Positions 27,426-34,705 of a DNA stretch of 64,000 nt are shown in pieces. The DNA is taken from the NCBI GenBank assembly GCA_965204725.1, contig OZ242005.1, forward strand, positions 5,088,001 through 5,152,000, in the 5' to 3' direction. Within the stretch, counting starts at the first letter, position 1, and each line of letters begins with the position of its first letter. The stretch is from Candidatus Latescibacterota bacterium. Lineage in GTDB: Bacteria; Latescibacterota; UBA2968; UBA8231. Under the pieces are notes generated by a model. That model was given only the letters and a program-made list of their open reading frames with translations. It had not been told where the DNA came from and ran no database searches. Both the position numbers and the translations under genes were made by a program.

Positions 27426-28292
27426 CTATGAGGCCAAAGGCCCGAATATGTCGTAGCCTTTGTTTCGTTTAGACCACATCCTCGCGTCTGCATATAACTT
27501 CGTCTGGTGAAAATCTTTGCTGTCATACGCGAGACGGAGCGCAATGCCTAGTACCTCAGGACCCGCAGTTTTCGATGACCGGCTTCCTAAAATTTTTCTC
27601 AAGGCAATGCCAAAGATCTCAATGAAGTCGTGCCCGCAGCAGATTTGATAGGGATCATCATTCATCTCATCTACAAGTTCCGACAATCTATTACTAACGT
27701 CTTTCTTATCTAAACACCGATTGCTAGTCAAAGCAAAAATATTACTTAGCATTTTGTCCTGATCTATTTCTAACGAATTGCGGTCAATGAAACGGTCAAA
27801 ATGAAGCCCTTCAAAGCGCAGGTGAAGGTTATCTGTCATAGACAAGTAGCGAAGATGACCTATAATCAAGGTTTTCTGTATCAGATCATCGCGTATTTCA
27901 CCTTCTTGATTTCGAAACTCACGAATTTTCTTTTCTGAACCTAGTTCAAGCAAAACTGCATCAAATGCCTTGGTTTTAATAATCATCATTTCGACGTCAT
28001 GATAGTCAGTGACAATCACATTTTGCGACTCCGGTAACGAACCGTCAATATGTCCAAAGTCTGCATCAACGATTCCCATAAAACCCTGTACACCGTTATA
28101 TGTCTCAAGAATCGCAACGGCGTTAAGGACTTTCTCCTTACCTCCAGCAGGAATAATCGGCATTTCTGAATTTTTAACAAATCGGTAGAAAAATCTTTCG
28201 TCCTTACTTCCTTCGAGGAGGAGGATAGGTCCCTTGTATTTGGCGCGTATAAGAAGAACTTCATTGGCTATTTCGTCGCCTGTCTGATCCAT
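27426..28292 (-). CDS. DUF4435 TOPRIM-like effector (PARIS AriB-like)
   Basis: LLLEG..D, GG...V, GIVDADF, D.E and GHD motifs; directly downstream of an ABC ATPase. Confidence 0.8.
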   Translation of the reverse strand: MDQTGDEIANEVLLIRAKYKGPILLLEGSKDERFFYRFVKNSEMPIIPAGGKEKVLNAVAILETYNGVQGFMGIVDADFGHIDGSLPESQNVIVTDYHDVEMMIIKTKAFDAVLLELGSEKKIREFRNQEGEIRDDLIQKTLIIGHLRYLSMTDNLHLRFEGLHFDRFIDRNSLEIDQDKMLSNIFALTSNRCLDKKDVSNRLSELVDEMNDDPYQICCGHDFIEIFGIALRKILGSRSSKTAGPEVLGIALRLAYDSKDFHQTKLYADARMWSKRNKGYDIFGPLAS

Positions 28293-28302
28293 AATGTTAG
28301 AA

Positions 28303-29634
28303 CTATCCTCCACCTAATAGATCGACCATGAGATCTCGCCGATCGTGAATGATCGATGGAGAATGAGTAGCTATAAGAAAATCAAGATCTGCTAACTCCG
28401 ATATTTTAGCAATATCCTCAAGAAATTTTCGCTGCCATGTGACATGAAGAGATAGTTCAGGTTCATCAATAAAAATCAGGGAACCCGGCTGTGCCTTGAA
28501 CAAAAGTTCGTACGTCAGGACAATTTCGTGCTGCTCACCAGAAGACAGTGCCCTTGGAGGCACAATAGACTCATCGTGAGCCGATTCAAAGATGAAACCC
28601 TTCTCTCTATCTACTTCAAATTTCTTATATGAGAAGCGTGAGTTGACAATATCTTTGAACAATTCCACTCGAAGGAGAAGCCAGTCGAAAACTTGTAGTT
28701 TCTTCTTAACATCGTCTAGATACGCCCATAAAACCTTTCGTTCACTATCTTCCAAATTTTCGGGATGGAGAGGAACAGGTGCCCCAGGAGCAATAAGACC
28801 AGACTGCATCAATCGATCTCTATATTTTGACTGACCATTATATTCTTCCCTTATGTGCTTTTCCGTCGCTTTCTTAGGAAGTTCCAGCTTCAAAAGTCGT
28901 CGAGGGAAAGAGCTATCTAAAGACGCTCCAAGTTCACCGGATTCTCGTTGGTACTTTTCTATTTGGGAGATCATATCCTCCGAGTATTGCTCTACCGTCA
29001 TCCGCTGTTGCACACGAACTCTTCTTCTATATCGAGGCACAGGTTCTTCGTCTTCTTCCTTATACCCTGTAAAGAGTCTCTGGGTTTCAAGAACCACAAT
29101 ATTAGTTTGTTCTAATAGATTTTCTATATTTTCTGGAATCGGGGTGATAGACTCACGAATATCAGAAGGTAGAAGATGTCCATAGGAGAGGATGACCTCG
29201 GCTAAAGACATTCTTCTGTCGGTTTTTTCATCGTACCATTCAGATAGACCAATTCGTTCTACATTGTCAATCATATCGTCTATCCTATTTTTTAGGTATC
29301 CGAGAGGATATTCCCTGAGTATTTTCTTATCTTCTAGCGATAGTGTATATTTGGTCCGTTTTTGCCCAAAATGGTAGATAAATTTCAACTCTTCTTTGGC
29401 TCGAATAACTGTCAGGCTACCTTTAGGCTTGAAGCGGATCACAATACGGTCAAAAGGAGTAACAAGCATTGAGAGAAACTGACGTTTGAAGAGATCGGAT
29501 ATAAGACGGAGAACCGTCGTCTTGCCGACTCCATTCGGTCCGTGGATTATCGTAATACGGTCATCTGTCTTCAGAGGTATCTTGTGATCAAAATACCCGA
29601 ACAGGGATCGAATTTCTATTTCCTTTATTTTCAT
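28303..29634 (-). CDS. AAA_15/AAA_21 ABC-type ATPase (PARIS AriA-like)
   Basis: HGPNGVGKT, LSSGEQ, IFIDEPELSLH..WQ and ATHSP; AT-rich. Confidence 0.85.
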   Translation of the reverse strand: MKIKEIEIRSLFGYFDHKIPLKTDDRITIIHGPNGVGKTTVLRLISDLFKRQFLSMLVTPFDRIVIRFKPKGSLTVIRAKEELKFIYHFGQKRTKYTLSLEDKKILREYPLGYLKNRIDDMIDNVERIGLSEWYDEKTDRRMSLAEVILSYGHLLPSDIRESITPIPENIENLLEQTNIVVLETQRLFTGYKEEDEEPVPRYRRRVRVQQRMTVEQYSEDMISQIEKYQRESGELGASLDSSFPRRLLKLELPKKATEKHIREEYNGQSKYRDRLMQSGLIAPGAPVPLHPENLEDSERKVLWAYLDDVKKKLQVFDWLLLRVELFKDIVNSRFSYKKFEVDREKGFIFESAHDESIVPPRALSSGEQHEIVLTYELLFKAQPGSLIFIDEPELSLHVTWQRKFLEDIAKISELADLDFLIATHSPSIIHDRRDLMVDLLGGG

Positions 29635-29702
29635 GTCTGCCTCCGCATAAGTATACTCTATTTCCCTTCTTTTTACAAATCCCTCCACTCCTCCTCTATC
29701 CC

Positions 29703-29980
29703 TCACACCTGAACATCTTCATCACCTCGGACCTCAATATGATTGATCGCCTTCACGGCGAATGCAGCCGACTTCGGCTTGGCGAATGGACGGGATGCGT
29801 CGCTTCTGAGGTCACCGGGCTTCGCGGCTAACTTCGGCTTTTAGCGTCGTCTTTAGCGACTTGTACGATCTCGCTGTCTCTTGAGCGACTGTCCACCCTC
29901 GTCAGATCCCAATGCTTGACCGAGCACTCGTATGACGAGTTGAGGACAGGTTGGTTAAAGACTAGATTCGTCAGAGTCAT
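29703..29980 (-). pseudogene. Scar of a Type III-like R-M operon: Res N-terminus joined to Mod C-terminus
   Basis: AGGAGG plus ATG 29980 gives ...FNQPVLNSSYE...HWDL (Res start, PILNSPYE..HWEL-like). Shifted frames then give YKSLKTTLKAEV.REA, SDASRPFAKPKS..FAVKAINH and EVMKMFR (Mod end). Confidence 0.7.
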
Positions 29981-30124
29981 ACACCTCCTACGACGGCATA
30001 GCAAAGATACGTCGTCCAAGCTGGCTATCAAGGCACTTTTGCCTTGTAGCAGGAGAGCAGCCGCACTATTTTTAACTATACTGAACACCAATACTCCCTT
30101 CCATCCAACCGTAGCACACCGCTT

Positions 30125-31213
30125 ATGAAAAATCCCATCCGCATCGGCGTCGTCGGCTGCGGTGCCGTCGCCCAAGTCCAGCACCTGCCCAACCTCACCG
30201 CGCTCAAGGACCTGTTTTCCGTAGAGATGGTCTGCGACCTCTCGCCGCGCTTGGCGCAGACGGTGGCGCGGGAGTTTTACGTGCCGCACCACACCAGCGA
30301 CTGGCGGGCGCTGCTCGCCGCAGACCTCGACGCCGTGCTCTTGTGCCACACCGACCCTAAGACCGAGATCGCGGTCGCCGCTTTTGAGGCCGGCAAGCAT
30401 GTCTTTATCGAAAAGCCGGTCTGCTTCTCGCTGCCAGAAGCCGACCGGATCATGGTCGCTCGGCAGGCGGCGGGCACGGTGGGCTTGGCCGGTTATATGA
30501 AGGTGTACGATCCGGCCTTTGAGGCGGCCGCTCGCGCAACCGCCGACATGGCCGCGATCCGCTTTGTGCAGATCCACCACCTGCACACCAACAACGCGCA
30601 TCACCTCGCGCACTTCCGCCTGCACCGCGCTGACGACCTGCCCGTTGATGCCGTTGAGCAGACGCGCATGGCACGTGCGGCGGCCGTGCGCGAAGCCATC
30701 GGCGAGGTCTCCGCCGATGTGCAGGCTGCCTTTGGCCACCTCGCCGGCAGCATGATTCACGACCTCTACGGCCTGCGCGCCATCATGGGCGTACCCGAGC
30801 GGGTCGCCAGCACTGAAATCTGGTACGAAGGCTGGGGCGTCAGCACCGTGCTCGTTTATGCAAACGGTGCGCGATGTGCGGCCACTTGGGTTGAGCTGAA
30901 GGATGTGCGCGATTTCAAGGAGACTCTCGAAGTTTGCGGTGACGACTGCCGCGTCCTGCTTTCTTATCCGACCGGCTTTTCGCGGGGGATCCTCTCCACC
31001 TTGGAGATTCAGACCCTCGACGAGGCCGGGGAGGCCATCGTCCACCGCCCGGCCATCGCGTGGGAAGGCCCCTTCGTCCGCGAGTTAAAGCACTTCTACG
31101 CCTGCATCGCCGAGGGAGCGAAGCCGCGTACTCCCTTGGAAGAGGCCCGCTACGACATCGCCCTAATCATCGACATCGTCAAAGCCTATAGGGGAAGGGA
31201 TATACTGAGTTAG
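30125..31213 (+). CDS. Gfo/Idh/MocA oxidoreductase
   Basis: IGVVGCG, AGKHVFIEKP and MIHD motifs. Confidence 0.9.
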   Translation: MKNPIRIGVVGCGAVAQVQHLPNLTALKDLFSVEMVCDLSPRLAQTVAREFYVPHHTSDWRALLAADLDAVLLCHTDPKTEIAVAAFEAGKHVFIEKPVCFSLPEADRIMVARQAAGTVGLAGYMKVYDPAFEAAARATADMAAIRFVQIHHLHTNNAHHLAHFRLHRADDLPVDAVEQTRMARAAAVREAIGEVSADVQAAFGHLAGSMIHDLYGLRAIMGVPERVASTEIWYEGWGVSTVLVYANGARCAATWVELKDVRDFKETLEVCGDDCRVLLSYPTGFSRGILSTLEIQTLDEAGEAIVHRPAIAWEGPFVRELKHFYACIAEGAKPRTPLEEARYDIALIIDIVKAYRGRDILS

Positions 31214-31257
31214 TTAGCAGATTTTCCGGGACACTCTTAACAAGGCGTTCATGCGAT

Positions 31258-31728
31258 ATGACTTCTGAAACACAGTCTATTGGCGCTCTGACCAAGAGCA
31301 GCCTGCTGCCCGCTTGGCAGCCCCAGATCGAGAGCGCGAGTACGCACGAGGCGATCACTGCCGTCTTCCGATCGTTTGGACTCGATGCGATCGCGGACCG
31401 GCTCAATTACCTCCGACAGCTTGTCGAGGACGACCCTGACGAGTCGCCCATGGCGATTGAATCGTTGAGAGCGATGGCCCTTTTTCTTATGAGCGAACGA
31501 CAATTAGCCGCTCCACAAATCGGCGTCACCCCGGACGGATTGGCGCAAATTGAGTGGCGGTTCCCAACCAACGGTATTCTGGCCATGGAGTTCCTGTCCT
31601 CTGGTCTGATCCGGTTCGCCGCCATCTCTGCGCCGGCCCGACCCGGAGTCGAACGGCTGAGCGTCAATGGGACGTTGCCTAAAGATGCGGCCTTGGAAGC
31701 GATCCGGCCGTTCACCGCACGTCTATAG
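31258..31728 (+). CDS. Hypothetical protein (P-x-I-xxx-PDG-xxx-IEW family); putative antitoxin
   Basis: 156-aa ORF with RL..L..L...D, PQIGVTPDGLAQIEW and L.MEF...G.I.F; ends 5 bp before the next gene. Confidence 0.65.
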   Translation: MTSETQSIGALTKSSLLPAWQPQIESASTHEAITAVFRSFGLDAIADRLNYLRQLVEDDPDESPMAIESLRAMALFLMSERQLAAPQIGVTPDGLAQIEWRFPTNGILAMEFLSSGLIRFAAISAPARPGVERLSVNGTLPKDAALEAIRPFTARL

Positions 31729-31733
31729 CTTCG

Positions 31734-32162
31734 ATGATGGCCCAACCGCTTCCCGACGACGACCACATATCACGGTACTGCAAGCCATCGGCTATCAATG
31801 AGAGTGGCATGCCCATGGTGAACGCCTTCAGCCTACGACAGGGAGAAGAGCACCTCTCGGTCAACTGGCTTGAGTACTTCGATGAGACCGACTTGAACGC
31901 CGCCGTTGAGCGGGTTCGAGAGGTGTTTCGTAGCAAGGATTTCCAAGTACGACCGAATGGCCGATTTGCGGTGCTAAACGTCGGGGTTGTAAAGACAGCT
32001 ATCCACGAAGTGGTCGGGCGTCGCTTGGACATAGATCATCTGCCCCTCAGCGATGACAAGTCCCACGCCGGTATTCTCGGATATGCTTCGGAGGACTTGG
32101 CGGTTGCCGTAGAGCTAGCAGCACTCGTCACATCCCAAGACGTACACCCCGCCATACCTTGA
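31734..32162 (+). CDS. Hypothetical protein with ADP-ribosyltransferase-like (R...S-V...H) motif spacing; putative toxin
   Basis: 142 aa: ISRYCKP, AF, LSVNW, FAVLNV and HLP...SHAGI. The fold assignment is inferred. Confidence 0.55.
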   Translation: MMAQPLPDDDHISRYCKPSAINESGMPMVNAFSLRQGEEHLSVNWLEYFDETDLNAAVERVREVFRSKDFQVRPNGRFAVLNVGVVKTAIHEVVGRRLDIDHLPLSDDKSHAGILGYASEDLAVAVELAALVTSQDVHPAIP

Positions 32163-32276
32163 TCAATTTGGCCTCGTACCTGATAGGATGGCACTGCTCG
32201 GGGCGGTCAAACAGCGCGGTCGCTGACCATTACTACGTCCGCTCCGTGTAGCCCGTTTTCGTGCGTCGAGCATCTT

Positions 32277-32882
32277 TCACTCAAACAGTTGCTGTAGCCA
32301 ATTAGCGAATGCTGTGCTGAGTGTTCCATCTACGTGCAAATCGTGTGCGCCAATGGCGGCACCCATTTGTCTAGGGTCTTCTCGCGTCGCCAGCCAAGCG
32401 TGGATCTTGGCTCGCAGTATCTTCTTCTCGGCAAACTTTCGGTCGGCCCTTGGAATGCCGTCAATGTAGTTCTCGGATAGTGGCCATACTGGATCGTCGG
32501 CGGGGATCATCTCTGAGACGAAATTTTCGAGTTCGCCGGGTGATGTGTTGTTGGGCATTAACCAGATGCCGACGCGGGGGGTGCTGTCTATAATGGTGCC
32601 AGTGCGTTCAGGACTGTTGGGGACCTCGATATTCTCCGCTCGAAGCCTATTCGCCACAGCACTCCAGCGGGCGTCCAAATCGTCGTTTGCTTCCACGAGG
32701 ATGCCGACGGCTTTGCGACCAGGAGCCATAATTTCCGAACCTATACCTTCGAGAAGCACTGTTATTCCATCTTTATCCTGAATGTAGAATTCTGGCATCG
32801 CTTGATGGCGATTACAGAGTTGTAGAACAACATGCTTGTCGTCTGCCCCTTCAACGAGAAGAACGCGGTCATTATTATCCAT
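32277..32882 (-). CDS. DUF3226 TOPRIM-like protein
   Basis: LLVEG.DD, GILVEANDD, GIWLMPNN..PGELE.F and KILRAKIHAWLA; downstream of an ABC ATPase. Confidence 0.8.
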   Translation of the reverse strand: MDNNDRVLLVEGADDKHVVLQLCNRHQAMPEFYIQDKDGITVLLEGIGSEIMAPGRKAVGILVEANDDLDARWSAVANRLRAENIEVPNSPERTGTIIDSTPRVGIWLMPNNTSPGELENFVSEMIPADDPVWPLSENYIDGIPRADRKFAEKKILRAKIHAWLATREDPRQMGAAIGAHDLHVDGTLSTAFANWLQQLFE

Positions 32883-32915
32883 CTACTTACCTCACCTCAA
32901 TATGTTTTTGAGAAA

Positions 32916-34313
32916 TTACCTTACTTCAATGTGTTGTTTGGCGGCGGCTTTGAGATTGCGCTCTGAATACTCGACCGCCCACATCTCCTCATCTTTCCGC
33001 TCAAGACGCACGAGTGCCCCTTCGACTTCCTCGCATTCGGCTGTTGCTTGTGCGAAGCCGCGTACACAGTCAAAGCTGTGCGTCGTCGCAATGACCTGTA
33101 CGTTGTTTGCGTGGGCGGTCTTAAAGACCATGCGCCAGAAATCGGGCTGGACGGAATGGTGAATGCCGTTTTCGACTTCGTCGATAAGTAGGAAGCCGTC
33201 CCGGCTATTGGCTAGTGCTAAGGCAGTGCCGGCTAGATGCAGTGCTCCGTCGCCTAAACTTTGCAAAGGGACGGGACGAGCTTGCCCACGGAGCTTTACG
33301 ACCACCCGCTGAATATATTCGACCTCAGGTTTCTTAGATGATACGTCTGATACGTCGGTGCGGATAACCGCCACGCGCTCTAAGTCGCTGCCGAGTATCA
33401 ATCTCATTGTCTGCATCGCTCGGTCCTCATCATCCGTCAACGCAATGGCATTCCAGAACCGTACGATTTCTTTATCGCTCAACAGGCCCGGCCCCAAAGG
33501 TTGACATCCTATTTGGGATGGCCATTCAGCTTCGAACAAGAAATTATATGAGTACAGATATACACTACCGCCATAACGCTCTACGGTTCTGGCCGCATCC
33601 GATCCTTGGATGGGAAGAACCCATGGAAGGATTTGTTCAGTGTCTTGAAATACGACTTTGAACGCCTGAGTATAGCCCCTCTGAACAGAGAAAGGTAGGA
33701 TTTGTTCGATGCTAGAAGCCTGCTCATCGTCTAGCGGAGTCTCCTCAATCCTGAGTTGTCCTATGTCGCTTTTTGGACCGATTGAGATGCGGGCACATCT
33801 CGACACATCTCGTCCGTGGAATAGGGCCGCAAAATCGGGTACAAATTTTCTGTTCACAGTGTGATTTTCAGTGGTAGCGATAGCGTACTCTTGGCGGCTT
33901 TCCAGTAGTTCGGACAGTACGGTATAGTGACCACGCGCCGCATAGACCCGGACGGCGTCTAAAACGGTCGTCTTGCCGACGCTGTTCTTGCCTGCCAGCA
34001 GCGTCACGCGGCCCAACCGCTCAATGGAAAGCTCATTGATTCCCCGAAACCCCGTTATCGACAGGCTCGGAAGATGTAAGTGGTTATCGCGTCGTTCTTG
34101 GGACATGGCGTTAGCACCTTCTTTTGAGGGCGAGAGTTTTGAACTGACGGAATGTGCTGCTGAATCTTGGTCGCTGTTTTGAGAGATCCACGCCTTGGCA
34201 GCCTCGCGTCGTTTTTCACGCGCCTTGGTTCCACGATTGATTTCGCTCGGACTTGGCGCACTTTCTTTTATGTACTTTTGATAGTCAAATTCTGTATCTT
34301 GTGTAGTATTCAT
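32916..34313 (-). CDS. AAA_21 ABC-type ATPase with an in-frame N-terminal BrnA-like stub (ATPase alone may start at 34106)
   Basis: GFRGI, AGKNSVGKT, SLGDG, LLIDEVENGIH and TTHS. The frame is open from ATG 34313 (overlapping brnT) through a second ATG at 34106. Confidence 0.8.
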   Translation of the reverse strand: MNTTQDTEFDYQKYIKESAPSPSEINRGTKAREKRREAAKAWISQNSDQDSAAHSVSSKLSPSKEGANAMSQERRDNHLHLPSLSITGFRGINELSIERLGRVTLLAGKNSVGKTTVLDAVRVYAARGHYTVLSELLESRQEYAIATTENHTVNRKFVPDFAALFHGRDVSRCARISIGPKSDIGQLRIEETPLDDEQASSIEQILPFSVQRGYTQAFKVVFQDTEQILPWVLPIQGSDAARTVERYGGSVYLYSYNFLFEAEWPSQIGCQPLGPGLLSDKEIVRFWNAIALTDDEDRAMQTMRLILGSDLERVAVIRTDVSDVSSKKPEVEYIQRVVVKLRGQARPVPLQSLGDGALHLAGTALALANSRDGFLLIDEVENGIHHSVQPDFWRMVFKTAHANNVQVIATTHSFDCVRGFAQATAECEEVEGALVRLERKDEEMWAVEYSERNLKAAAKQHIEVR

Positions 34314-34569
34314 CGAGCCACCTTCCTTCTGCATCAAATGCGGTGATTAGACGATAGAGCGGCAAATCTTCTTCGGAGCAAACTATGGCTAATATCCGAC
34401 CACTGGCGGTTGCCCCTATCCGAATCCACCGATCTTCATGTCCTGCTGGGTCTGGGGATTCGTATCCGCTTGGATCATCAAATGCGGAGACGGCCTCGTA
34501 AAACTGGACTTGGTGCTTCTCTTTGACTTCTTGATATTTGTCTTCATCCCATATAAATCCGATATCCAT
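34285..34569 (-). CDS. BrnT-family toxin (ribonuclease)
   Basis: F.WDEDK....KH.V.F.EA...F.DP, E.RW..IG and R.ITA motifs. Confidence 0.8.
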   Translation of the reverse strand: MDIGFIWDEDKYQEVKEKHQVQFYEAVSAFDDPSGYESPDPAGHEDRWIRIGATASGRILAIVCSEEDLPLYRLITAFDAEGRWLDEYYTRYRI

Positions 34570-34705
34570 GCTACGGACTCCATGTAGTATGTGTACTTAC
34601 AGGCGTTGTTGCAGGAAATCCGTGTTCGCTTACCGATGCCTACTCGTCCCAAAAGCCTGTCTCGCTTAACGTCTCGTATCGCCCAAACTCTGTCAAGAGA
34701 CGCAT

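Noticed and set aside
29828-31045. 405-aa minus-strand ORF
   Set aside because: Mostly antisense to the Gfo/Idh/MocA gene. Only its last ~50 codons are meaningful, as the Res stub.
27347-34705. Integron cassette array explaining the accessory genes
   Set aside because: Mixed gene orientations, no recurring attC-like GTTRRRY/RYYYAAC palindromes and no IntI gene.
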